From: Oscillospiraceae bacterium | GTDB lineage: Bacteria; Bacillota; Clostridia; Oscillospirales; CAG-272 | Assembly: GCA_015064885.1 (NCBI GenBank) | Contig: SVRJ01000007.1 | Span: 2,883 to 66,882 of the forward strand | Length of the DNA stretch: 64,000 nt | Reading direction: 5' to 3' | Part shown: piece after piece, positions 18,327-27,733 of the stretch | Layout of the letters: each line of letters opens with the position of its first letter | Numbering within the stretch: the first letter of the stretch is position 1 | Translations under genes and position numbers: made by a program | The notes under the pieces: model-generated | The model's database searches: none | What the model saw: the letters and a program-made list of their open reading frames with translations, nothing else | Told to the model about the DNA's origin: nothing

Positions 18327-19556
18327 ATGAAAAAAAAGAGTTTTTTGCCCTTTGTTATACTGCTTGTTCTCCTTTTTCTGTTTTGTTCATGCGCTCCGGG
18401 ACATGGAGATACAGGTGAGTATGTGTCCTCGGATACGACAGAAACGCAGAAAAGCGGTGACACCACCGACACGTCCGAAAACGTTGCCACTCTCACTTTG
18501 GCCGAAGATCTTAAAAGAGAGCCTACGGATGAGAATACCCTGAGATTCCTCGTTTTCTCCGACCTTCACTACAAAAGATTTATGTACGTGGCAACTACAG
18601 ACGACGTTGACAAGGTGCTTAAAAGAGCGGATGAAAACAGTGTGGATTTCGTCATTCAGCTGGGTGATTTTTGCAATGAGTTTTCAAAATCTCCCGAGCT
18701 GTTCGGTACCTACCTCAATAATAAATACGGTCTCCCTGCATACGGTGTCTGCGGGAACCACGATATGGAGGGACCGCTGAATACGGTTGACTTTATCCGA
18801 ACAAAGCTTTGTAACAGAACGGTGAATTTCGGCAGATCCAAAAACGGTAAGGGAACGGCATATTGGTATACGGATATAAAAAACTTTCGTATAATAGGTC
18901 TTGATACCAATTATTCTTATTCAACCGCGACTCAAAGCTGGGAACGCAATAAAGCTAATACCTCACACGCCCCGAAGGAAAATGAGAAGGGAAACAGTCT
19001 CGGTCCGGACCAGCTTTCATGGCTGCGCGCAAGGATCAAGGAAGCAAGCGAAAAAAATATGAAGGTGCTTGTTTTTTCACACGTTTCATTTTCGGATTCG
19101 TGGAGCAGATCTCCGGATGCGGATGCGGTGCGTAAGATATTTGCGGATTATGAAGGAACTGTCCTGCTTGCTTCTAACGGACATTCGCATACAGACCACT
19201 TCAAAACTATCGGTAAAACAGTTTATTTTGACGTTAATTCTGTGCGAAACGGATATTGGTATTCGCAAAGCACGCATCACTACAGCAATACGCACACCTA
19301 CAAATATTATAATTACGTGGACGGAGTTGTAAGCGGCGATCCCGTTACTATACCGCTTACCACCCTTTCGCAAGCGAAGAACACATGGTTCTTTACCGAG
19401 CCGCTGAGTGCTGTAGTTACGGTAAGTGAGGACGGAACGGTAAAGGTAGAGGGTGCGGTAACGAGATGGATGTATGATATTTTGCCCGATTCAAAAAAAG
19501 ACGGAACAAAGCCTATGATAGGCTATTACGTGTACGACGGAAAAGAGGTAAAGTGA
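18327..19556 (+). CDS. Lipoprotein calcineurin-like metallophosphoesterase
   Basis: Signal peptide with lipobox-like FCSC, T/S linker, SDLH, LGDF, GNHD, FSH, GHSH. Confidence 0.85.
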   Translation: MKKKSFLPFVILLVLLFLFCSCAPGHGDTGEYVSSDTTETQKSGDTTDTSENVATLTLAEDLKREPTDENTLRFLVFSDLHYKRFMYVATTDDVDKVLKRADENSVDFVIQLGDFCNEFSKSPELFGTYLNNKYGLPAYGVCGNHDMEGPLNTVDFIRTKLCNRTVNFGRSKNGKGTAYWYTDIKNFRIIGLDTNYSYSTATQSWERNKANTSHAPKENEKGNSLGPDQLSWLRARIKEASEKNMKVLVFSHVSFSDSWSRSPDADAVRKIFADYEGTVLLASNGHSHTDHFKTIGKTVYFDVNSVRNGYWYSQSTHHYSNTHTYKYYNYVDGVVSGDPVTIPLTTLSQAKNTWFFTEPLSAVVTVSEDGTVKVEGAVTRWMYDILPDSKKDGTKPMIGYYVYDGKEVK

Positions 19557-19559
19557 ATT

Positions 19560-20744
19560 ATGAGAAAATTTTTTTACATAGTGTTATTTCTTTTGATGGC
19601 TTTTGCCGTGTCATTAAGTTTTGGATGCGCTCCCGCCGTAGAAGACATTCCGGATGAAAGCGGAAGCACGTCCGAAACGACTACAGAGGAGATGACCACT
19701 ACCCAAGAGAGCACGACCGAGTTTATTGAAGAGGAGAATGATGACGAAGTGAAGTTTTTGATTTTTGCGGATTTTCATTACAAAAAGAAAATGTATGCGT
19801 CAAGTATAGAGGATATGAATAAGCTCCTCGACCGTGCGGCAAATCATGACGTTGATTTTGTTATACACCTCGGTGACTTTTGTAACGATTATATCGGATC
19901 TCCCGAGCTTTTCGACGCATATCTCAATAACAAACACGGTATCCCGGTATTCGGGGTTCTGGGTAACCATGAGCTTGAAAGCGCGGGTAACACTATGAAG
20001 ATAATAGTTCCGAGACTCTCGAACGCCGATGTTAATTTCGGAGGAGAAGAGGTAGGATATTGGTATTATGATATCAAGAACTTCAGACTTATAGGCCTTG
20101 ATACGAATTATTCGCATTCTGCAACAGAAGGTTGGATGCACAATAAGGGAGCCAGCCATACGTATCCGAGCGGAAATACTCTGGGATATAGCCTTTCTCC
20201 CACTCAGCTCAAATGGCTTGAGGAGACAGTAGCCGACGCAAGCGAAAAAAACCTCAAGGTAATGATATTCTCGCATGCGGGATTTGCTACGGGATGGTAT
20301 GCGTCTCCCGATGCGGTAGCAGTCAGAAGAATATTCCGTACGTATCCGAATACAGTTCTTTTTGCTGCAAACGGACATCTGCATACAGATAGATTTGAGG
20401 TAATAGACAACGTTGCCTTCTTCGACGTCAATGCGGCTATCAATGCATATTGGAAGTCAAGCACAACTCATCACTATACCGACGAGCATACCTTTACGTA
20501 CGTTAATTACGTCGGAGGAGAGCCGCAGGAACCGAGAACGATGCTCCTAAAGGATCTTTCGCAGGGCAAAAATACGTGGTTCCTCGAGGACCCTATAAGT
20601 GCCGTTGTGAGTATAACCACCGACGGAAGTATAGATATCAAGGGAAGCGTCAGCCAGTGGAGATACGGAATAGCGCCTCCGACAACAAGCACAGCCGTAA
20701 AGCCGTCTATACTCAGCCGATCTGTAAAACTTGAGATAGACTAA
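19560..20744 (+). CDS. Lipoprotein calcineurin-like metallophosphoesterase (tandem paralogue)
   Basis: Lipobox-like SFGC, T/E linker, ADFH, LGDF, GNHE, FSH, GHLH; colinear with the upstream gene. Confidence 0.85.
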   Translation: MRKFFYIVLFLLMAFAVSLSFGCAPAVEDIPDESGSTSETTTEEMTTTQESTTEFIEEENDDEVKFLIFADFHYKKKMYASSIEDMNKLLDRAANHDVDFVIHLGDFCNDYIGSPELFDAYLNNKHGIPVFGVLGNHELESAGNTMKIIVPRLSNADVNFGGEEVGYWYYDIKNFRLIGLDTNYSHSATEGWMHNKGASHTYPSGNTLGYSLSPTQLKWLEETVADASEKNLKVMIFSHAGFATGWYASPDAVAVRRIFRTYPNTVLFAANGHLHTDRFEVIDNVAFFDVNAAINAYWKSSTTHHYTDEHTFTYVNYVGGEPQEPRTMLLKDLSQGKNTWFLEDPISAVVSITTDGSIDIKGSVSQWRYGIAPPTTSTAVKPSILSRSVKLEID

Positions 20745-20804
20745 AAAGAAATCAAATACCGAAGGGTATATAAAATATTTATCAAGCGAAAGGAAATAAG
20801 AGAA

Positions 20805-21950
20805 ATGAACAAGTTTATGCTTAATGAAACGTCCTATCACGGTGCAGGTGCTATTACAGCTATCCCCACCGAGATCAAAAACAGAGGATTCAAGAAGGTC
20901 TTTGTTGCTACTGACCCTGACCTTGTAAGATTCGGTATCAGCAAGAAGGTAACAGACTTGCTTGATAAAGAAAATATCGCATACAGTGTATTTTCGGATA
21001 TCAAGCCCAACCCCACGATCGAAAACGTTCAGAACGGAGTTGCGGCATTCAAAGCCGCAGAGGCTGATTCTATCGTAGCTATAGGCGGCGGCTCCTCGAT
21101 GGATACTGCAAAGGCTATAGGTATAATAATTACTAACCCGGAGTATGAGGACGTGAGATCTCTTGAGGGTGTTGCTCCGACAAAGAATCCCTGCGTGCCG
21201 ATAATTGCAGTTCCCACAACTGCAGGTACCGCTGCAGAGGTTACGATAAACTACGTTATTACAGACGTTGAGAAGAAACGTAAGTTCGTATGTGTTGATG
21301 GCCACGATATTCCCGTAGTAGCAGTAGTAGACCCCGATATGATGTCTTCTATGCCCAAGGGACTTACGGCAGCTACAGGTATGGATGCTCTTACACACGC
21401 TATCGAAGGATATATTACAAAGGGCGCATGGGAGCTTTCCGATATGTTCCATATCAAGGCTATAGAGATAATTGCGCGTTCTCTCAGATCTGCAGTTGCA
21501 AATGAGAGCGAGGGCAGAGAGGGAATGGCTCTCGGTCAGTATATCGCGGGAATGGGCTTCTCAAACGTAGGTCTCGGTGTAGACCACTCTATGGCTCATA
21601 CTCTTTCCGCTTACTATGATATGCCTCACGGAAAGGCATGCGCTACTCTCCTCCCCGCAGTTATGGCGTATAATGCAGAAGCAACGGGTGAAAAATACCG
21701 TGAGATAGCACGCGCTATGGGAGTTAAGAACGTTGACTCTATGACTCAGGAAGAGTATCGCGCTGCAGCTGTAGAGGCTGTAAGACAGCTTGCCGAAGAC
21801 GTCGGAATAGTTACGTCTCTTAAGGGCGTGGCTAAGGAAGAGGATATCCATCAGATGTCTGTTGACGCCTACAATGACGCTTGCAGACCGGGTAATCCGA
21901 AGGATACCAGCGTTGAGGATATCGAGGCTCTTTACCGTAGCCTTATGTAA
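20805..21950 (+). CDS. fucO: Lactaldehyde reductase (Fe-containing alcohol dehydrogenase)
   Basis: LNETSYHGAGA, GGGSSMDTAKAIGII, PTTAGT, GMDALTHAIEGY, HSMAH, PHG. Confidence 0.9.
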   Translation: MNKFMLNETSYHGAGAITAIPTEIKNRGFKKVFVATDPDLVRFGISKKVTDLLDKENIAYSVFSDIKPNPTIENVQNGVAAFKAAEADSIVAIGGGSSMDTAKAIGIIITNPEYEDVRSLEGVAPTKNPCVPIIAVPTTAGTAAEVTINYVITDVEKKRKFVCVDGHDIPVVAVVDPDMMSSMPKGLTAATGMDALTHAIEGYITKGAWELSDMFHIKAIEIIARSLRSAVANESEGREGMALGQYIAGMGFSNVGLGVDHSMAHTLSAYYDMPHGKACATLLPAVMAYNAEATGEKYREIARAMGVKNVDSMTQEEYRAAAVEAVRQLAEDVGIVTSLKGVAKEEDIHQMSVDAYNDACRPGNPKDTSVEDIEALYRSLM

Positions 21951-21964
21951 TTGTTATAAAATTA

Positions 21965-21998
21965 AGGGGTGCCGAAAACGGCACCTCTTTTCCTTTTC
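21965..21998 (+). terminator. Intrinsic terminator after fucO
   Basis: GGGGTGCCG-AAAA-CGGCACCTC followed by a T-rich tract. Confidence 0.75.
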
Positions 21999-22082
21999 TC
22001 GGATAAAATTTTCAAAGCTCTATTGAAATTTTTCTTCGGGTATGATATAATAATAGCAGTAAAATATATGTGAGGTTATACT

Positions 22083-22700
22083 ATGAAGGTTCTTTTAATA
22101 AACGGAAGCCCAAAGCCAAACGGAAATACCGCAATATCTCTCCGTGAAATGGAGACGGTCTTTCGCGAGGAGGGAATAGAGGTAGAAACCGTTCGGGTAG
22201 GAAGCGAAGCGATAAGAGGATGTACCGCTTGCGGATTCTGCCACAGAAACGGTAAATGTGTTTTTGATGACATTGTAAATGAAACAGTGCCTAAATTCGA
22301 AGAATGCGACGGTATCGTTGTTGCTTCTCCCGTCTACTATGCATCGGCTAATTCAACGCTTACCGCTTTCCTTGACAGACTCTTCTACAGCTCAGGGTTT
22401 GATAAGACGATGAAAGTGGGCGCAAGTGTTGCGGTCGCAAGAAGGGGAGGCCTTTCGGCTACCTTTGACCAGCTTAATAAATATTTTACGATAAGCGGAA
22501 TGCCGGTGGCGTCAAGTCAGTATTGGAACAGCGTTCACGGAGGCGCTCCGGGGGATGCACTCGAGGATGAAGAAGGACTTCAGACAATGCGTACTCTTGC
22601 ACGCAATATGACCTTTCTTATGAAGAGTATTGCGCTTGGAAAAGAAAAATACGGCCTCCCCGAAAAGGAAAAGCATAAGTGGACTAATTTTGTCAGATGA
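22083..22700 (+). CDS. Flavodoxin-family iron-sulfur flavoprotein (NADPH-dependent FMN reductase-like)
   Basis: INGSP, CTACGFC..C, SPVYY, RRGG. Confidence 0.85.
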   Translation: MKVLLINGSPKPNGNTAISLREMETVFREEGIEVETVRVGSEAIRGCTACGFCHRNGKCVFDDIVNETVPKFEECDGIVVASPVYYASANSTLTAFLDRLFYSSGFDKTMKVGASVAVARRGGLSATFDQLNKYFTISGMPVASSQYWNSVHGGAPGDALEDEEGLQTMRTLARNMTFLMKSIALGKEKYGLPEKEKHKWTNFVR

Positions 22701-22730
22701 CATAAAAATAAAAGAAAAGAGGAATGTAAA

Positions 22731-23546
22731 ATGAAAATAGGAATCAATATTAATTGTTACCCCGGTGTCTCTGTCGAGGATCAGATAAAGCTCATGAAGG
22801 ATAACGGATTTGAAGGTTGTTTTATGGGAAGCGAAAGTCCTGTCTTTGACGATATCGTAAAGACTATTCAGGAAAGCGGAATAGTTATAGAGACACTTCA
22901 CGCGCCCTTTACCAAGAGCCGTACAGAGCCCGTATGCGATATAAACGATATGTGGTATGAGGGGGAAAAGGGAGACGCCATGATGGCAAGACTTGTTACA
23001 TGCGTTGAAAAGGCGGGAAGATATAATATTCCGGTCGTAGTCGTTCACCTTTCCTCGGGACTTGTTCCTCCCATGGTCAACTCTGTCGGTAACGCACGCT
23101 TCGGTAAGCTTATGGAGGTGGCAAAAGAAAATAACGTTACCATAGCATACGAGAATCAAAGAATGCTCGGCAATATAGCACACGCATTTGATTATTACAA
23201 GGATGCGGGATTTTGCTGGGATATAGGACACGAAAGCTGCTTTACCCCCGGAAGAGAATATATGCCTCTCTTCGGAAAGAAGCTTGTTGCGCTCCACGTT
23301 CAGGATAACATGGGTGCGCCTGCAGACCTTCACCTCATTCCGTATGACGGGATAGTTGATTTTGAAAAGGCAGCGCGCTACATAGCAGAAAGCGGATTTG
23401 AAGGCTCTGTAATGCTTGAAGTGCTTAAGAAACAGAGTAATTACTACGACGACGTGACCCCCGAGGAGTACTATAAAAAGGCTGCCGCGGCTGCAAGAAA
23501 GCTTGCAGACAGAATAGAATACTATAAGAATGAAAAGTCTGAATAA
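22731..23546 (+). CDS. Sugar phosphate isomerase/epimerase family TIM-barrel protein
   Basis: LHAPF, YEN, WDIGHE, LHVQDN, DLHLIPYDG, MLE. Confidence 0.82.
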   Translation: MKIGININCYPGVSVEDQIKLMKDNGFEGCFMGSESPVFDDIVKTIQESGIVIETLHAPFTKSRTEPVCDINDMWYEGEKGDAMMARLVTCVEKAGRYNIPVVVVHLSSGLVPPMVNSVGNARFGKLMEVAKENNVTIAYENQRMLGNIAHAFDYYKDAGFCWDIGHESCFTPGREYMPLFGKKLVALHVQDNMGAPADLHLIPYDGIVDFEKAARYIAESGFEGSVMLEVLKKQSNYYDDVTPEEYYKKAAAAARKLADRIEYYKNEKSE

Positions 23547-23928
23547 AAAAAGACTCGCGTATCTTTCGCTTTTTCTGTCACTGCTCTTTATTGAGATCAT
23601 CATAGCACTGTTCGTCAGAGACAGATTCATACGTCCGTATGGCGGAGATATTATAGTCACAGTGCTTATTTGCGCATTTCTGAGGGTATTTTTTCCCGAG
23701 GGAATAAGGCTTCTTCCGATATACGTTTGTATTTTCGCTTTTGCAGTCGAGATAGGACAGTATTTTGATTTTGTAAGTCTTATGGGGCTTGCGGATAACA
23801 AATTCTTTGCTATACTGCTTGGAAGCACGTTCTCCTTTGCCGATCTGATATGCTATGCTACAGGCTGCATCGTATTTGGGTTAGGTGAGTACTCTATAGG
23901 ATCGATAAAGCGCAAAAATGATCGGTAG
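23530..23928 (+). CDS. DUF2809-family membrane protein
   Basis: FIRPYGGD, VEIGQY, LGSTFS..DLICY. Confidence 0.75.
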   Translation: MKSLNKKRLAYLSLFLSLLFIEIIIALFVRDRFIRPYGGDIIVTVLICAFLRVFFPEGIRLLPIYVCIFAFAVEIGQYFDFVSLMGLADNKFFAILLGSTFSFADLICYATGCIVFGLGEYSIGSIKRKNDR

Positions 23929-23936
23929 TAATATCA

Positions 23937-23971
23937 AAAAAAGGTGTCCGAAAATAATGGACACCTTTTTT
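23937..23971 (+). terminator. Intrinsic terminator
   Basis: AAAAAAGGTGTCC...GGACACCTTTTTT. Confidence 0.75.
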
Positions 23972-24084
23972 ACGGATTTGCTCTTGAAAAAAACATTAAA
24001 ATGTGATATAATGTATATGTATTTTATATTACTATAACGTTATGGCTTGCCCCATAGTATCTGTATGAAAGGAATAACGCCATT

Positions 24085-26010
24085 ATGAGAAAAACAGACA
24101 AGCTGTTTTTATTGCTCATTTTACTTATATCATCATTACTTCTGCCTATAGCTTCACCGATCGTTACGTTTGCCGAGACGTCTGCAGAGTTTGAGACGCC
24201 CGATTCACCCGAGCTTACAGACAGTGATAAAAAGGCACTGCTTTCCGCACTTTATGAGGCGGATATAGCTACCGTGAGAGAGGCAATATTGCTCAGACTG
24301 ATCACATGCAGAGAGCTTACAGCATATTATCTTGAACGAATCGAAAAATATAATCCGGTATACAATTGCTTTATAACCATGTGTGATAATGCACTTGAGG
24401 AGGCAAGCAAGCGTGATGCACTCCTTGCCTCGGGAAAAGCCGAGGGAACTCTTTTTGGCGTTCCGATAGTCGTAAAAGATAATATAGACTATATCGGATA
24501 CCATACTACAAACGGATTTAAAAAATCAAGCGATCAGATAGCCAAGGCAAACTCGGCTATAGTTGAAAATCTTATAAAGGAAGGCGCAGTGATACTTGCC
24601 AAGGCTAATATGAGTAAAGAGGCTCAGGAGGCGAGAATATCCAAAAGCGCGTCTGTCGGTGAGACAAAAAACGCATATGACCCGCTCCTCGCAAGCGGCG
24701 GATCGTCCGGAGGCTCCGCTGTAGCCACTTCGCTCAATTTTGCGCTTGCAAGCCTCGGAACAGACACTAATTCATCGCTCAGATACCCCGCGGCACTCAA
24801 CGGTTGTGTTTCACTCAGACCGACGGCAGACCTACTGTCAAGAGAGGGAATAGTGCTTTTGAATAAAGCGCGTGATACTGCAGGCTCAATAACCAGAACT
24901 GTTAAAGATCAGGCTATAATGCTTGATGCTCTTGTAGGAGGAGGAAAATATGCTGAAAGCCTGAATTCCGGAATCCTTTCGGGTATGCGTATAGGTGTTC
25001 TTAAGGAGCTTTCCGGTCCCGTCTCGGGAAGAAGTGACAGGACCGCGGCTAAAGTGGATGCAGAGATACTTGCGGCATTCAACAGCGCGGTAGAAGAACT
25101 CAAAGCATGCGGAGCAGAGGTAGTCACTGTATCTATGCCTAAGATCTTTACTATGTCTTCTGCTTGCGCCGAAAGTAAGTCCGGGTATACTGATGCAAAG
25201 AAAAGCTTCTATTCCGCATTTGAAAAGCTTTTTACCGATTACGCTGTATCGGCAGTAATATTCCCAACCTATCTGCATGCTCCGCAGTGGACGGGAGTCA
25301 ATGAGTCCGGTGGACTTAAGGTATACGATCAGACGTACATAACAAACGCCCCCATACTTTCCCCACCGCTCGGAATTCCCGAAATATCCGTACCTATAGG
25401 CACCCACTCGAGAGGCGCGGGAATAGGTATGGAAATAGCAACCCTCAGAGGCGGAGATCAGCTTCTCCTTGATATTGCATATTCCTACAGTGAAAAATGC
25501 GATCACCGTGCAGTGCCCGCGGGTGCACCGGATATATACGCGGAATATAACGCCGGTACTCTTGAAGAATTCATTCGCAATTATAAGGATTCTCTTACAC
25601 AAACAGATACGGAGACCGAGACGGTTCCGATAACCTCAGATGTTACAACACCTGAAGAGACAACAGAGGAAAGTACGCCGATCATTGAAGAAACAACTGT
25701 GAAGGAACCTCATACAAATGACGTTACCACTTTCGGGCAAACAGACGACGAGAGTAAAGATCCGGTCGTTAAGCTGCAAACGTGGTATATACTCGGAGTG
25801 GTTGCCGTTATGGCTATCTTCCTTTGTGCGGTTCTTATTCCTCACCGAAAAAATGATATTTTTGAAGACGTAGATGCTGAGTTCACCAAGGGAAGTGAAG
25901 AAATAACCGATTTTATCGGTTTTGGGCAAGAGTTTGAGGAATCGCCAAAAGAAGATAATACCGCGGCAGACGCAAAAAACGAAGAAAAAACAGATAAAGA
26001 CGCAGACTAA
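24085..26010 (+). CDS. Secreted, C-terminally membrane-anchored amidase-signature enzyme
   Basis: Signal peptide; GVPIVVKDN (Lys), GGSSGGSA, GTDTNSSLRYPA (Ser nucleophile); T/E/P linker; TM WYILGVVAVMAIFLCAVLI; acidic tail. Confidence 0.85.
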   Translation: MRKTDKLFLLLILLISSLLLPIASPIVTFAETSAEFETPDSPELTDSDKKALLSALYEADIATVREAILLRLITCRELTAYYLERIEKYNPVYNCFITMCDNALEEASKRDALLASGKAEGTLFGVPIVVKDNIDYIGYHTTNGFKKSSDQIAKANSAIVENLIKEGAVILAKANMSKEAQEARISKSASVGETKNAYDPLLASGGSSGGSAVATSLNFALASLGTDTNSSLRYPAALNGCVSLRPTADLLSREGIVLLNKARDTAGSITRTVKDQAIMLDALVGGGKYAESLNSGILSGMRIGVLKELSGPVSGRSDRTAAKVDAEILAAFNSAVEELKACGAEVVTVSMPKIFTMSSACAESKSGYTDAKKSFYSAFEKLFTDYAVSAVIFPTYLHAPQWTGVNESGGLKVYDQTYITNAPILSPPLGIPEISVPIGTHSRGAGIGMEIATLRGGDQLLLDIAYSYSEKCDHRAVPAGAPDIYAEYNAGTLEEFIRNYKDSLTQTDTETETVPITSDVTTPEETTEESTPIIEETTVKEPHTNDVTTFGQTDDESKDPVVKLQTWYILGVVAVMAIFLCAVLIPHRKNDIFEDVDAEFTKGSEEITDFIGFGQEFEESPKEDNTAADAKNEEKTDKDAD

Positions 26011-26327
26011 CTTTTTAGTGGAGTGACAAAAATGACAGAAATAAAACTCAACCGTTTTTGTAACACCTTTAAATTAAAATTTTGGATACTTCCGACCGTA
26101 TTTGCACTCGCCTTTTGTGCATTGCGCCTTTTGGAAACGGTCGACAGCAAAGATCTTTTCTTCCCGAGATTTTTATGTTGCACAGAATTTGAGGCTAAAA
26201 AACATGTGGATAAAATAGAACCTCAGAAGATCCACACAATCACGGGAATCAGGCAATTCTCAAAAATGAGGCCCTTGCTTGAAAGAGAAATTAAAAAATA
26301 ATTGAAATAGGAAAAGGAATATTTCTT

Positions 26328-27710
26328 ATGAACATCTTGGTTATTAACGGAAGTCCTAAGGGAAAAAACAGTATCACTCTTCAAACGGTTAATTATTTAC
26401 AGAAGCTGTATCCGAAGCATACTTTTGATATTTTGCACGTCGGTCAGCTTATAAAGCTTTACGAGAAGGACCTCACAAAGCCGAAAGAGGCGATCGAAAA
26501 AGCAGAGCTAATAATTTTTTCATATCCTGTTTATACGTTTATAGCACCGTATCAGCTTCACAGATTCATTGAGCTTATCAAGGAGTCGGATATTTCTCTT
26601 GAAGGAAAATACGCAACACAGATAAGTACGTCAAAGCATTTTTATGACGTTACCGCGCACAGATATATTCAGGACAACTGCGCGGATCTCGGAATGAGCT
26701 ACATAAAGGGGCTTTCCGCAGATATGGATGACCTTCTCTCTGAAAAGGGAAGACGCGAGGCGCGAGACTTCTTCAGATTCGTTATGTTTTCAATTAAAAA
26801 CAGAGTATTCGAGTCCTCGCTTTATATACGCGGTACTGATGCACACGTTCTCACTACAGTTCCAAGCTCCGATACAATGGAAAAGAAGGGTGACGTAGTG
26901 ATCCTTACCAACTGTGAGGACGGAGATACTTCTCTCCAAAATATGATAGATCGCTTTGCCGCGGTTTTTCCACGCAAAACAAGAGTGGTCAATATCGCAA
27001 AATATCCTTTTAAAGGCGGATGCCTCGGATGCTTTAACTGTGCCGTTTCGGGAAAATGTATCTACAAGGACGGATTTGATGAGTTCTTGCGCAACGATAT
27101 ACAGACGGCAGAGGCTATAGTATTTGCCTTTACGGTAAAGGATCACTCTATGGGTGCATCCTTCAAGCTTTATGATGACAGACAGTTCTGTAACGGACAC
27201 AGAACGGTAACCATGGGAATGCCGATGGCATATCTTATCAGCGGAAGCTATTCCCGCGAATTCAATCTTCAGATGATAGTAGAAGGGCGTGCGCAGGTAG
27301 GCGGAAACTTCCTTGCCGGAGTTGCTACCGACGAAAAGGATCCCGATGCGGAAATAGATGCACTCGCGCGTTCGCTTGACTATGCGCTTAAAGCTAAGTA
27401 TGTCCCTCCGCAAAACTTCTACGGAGTAGGAGGAATGAAGATATTCCGAGACCTTATCTGGCTGATGCAGGGAATGATGAAAGCCGATCACAAGTTCTAT
27501 AAGGAGCACGGTCAGTACGACTTCCCGCAAAAGAATATGGGCAGAATGCTTTCTATGTATCTGGTGGGCGCACTTATATCTTCTCCAAAGATAAAAGCAA
27601 AAATGGGAAACAAGATGACTGAGGGTATGCTTATGCCTTATAATAAGGTGCTCTCTGATGCAGACAAAGAAAAATGCCGTAAAAACAAATCGGCGAATAA
27701 AAATTCTTAA
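26328..27710 (+). CDS. NAD(P)H-dependent oxidoreductase with two flavodoxin-like domains and an Fe-S motif
   Basis: INGSPKG, YPVY in domain 1; CLGCFNC..C in domain 2. Confidence 0.75.
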   Translation: MNILVINGSPKGKNSITLQTVNYLQKLYPKHTFDILHVGQLIKLYEKDLTKPKEAIEKAELIIFSYPVYTFIAPYQLHRFIELIKESDISLEGKYATQISTSKHFYDVTAHRYIQDNCADLGMSYIKGLSADMDDLLSEKGRREARDFFRFVMFSIKNRVFESSLYIRGTDAHVLTTVPSSDTMEKKGDVVILTNCEDGDTSLQNMIDRFAAVFPRKTRVVNIAKYPFKGGCLGCFNCAVSGKCIYKDGFDEFLRNDIQTAEAIVFAFTVKDHSMGASFKLYDDRQFCNGHRTVTMGMPMAYLISGSYSREFNLQMIVEGRAQVGGNFLAGVATDEKDPDAEIDALARSLDYALKAKYVPPQNFYGVGGMKIFRDLIWLMQGMMKADHKFYKEHGQYDFPQKNMGRMLSMYLVGALISSPKIKAKMGNKMTEGMLMPYNKVLSDADKEKCRKNKSANKNS

Positions 27711-27733
27711 AATATTATATACGGAGGACCAAC

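Noticed and set aside
20547-21452. 301-aa antisense ORF over fucO (similar ones at 40816..41685, 43740..44744, 26790..27530, 14021..14773)
   Set aside because: Mirror-frame ORFs expected from codon bias in real genes; no recognisable domains.
22512-23828. 438-aa minus-strand ORF
   Set aside because: Antisense to three well-supported plus-strand genes, with no motif or RBS; a shadow ORF.
26023-26301. 92-aa ORF as a confident gene
   Set aside because: Weak RBS and no recognisable motif; kept only as an unexplained spacer.
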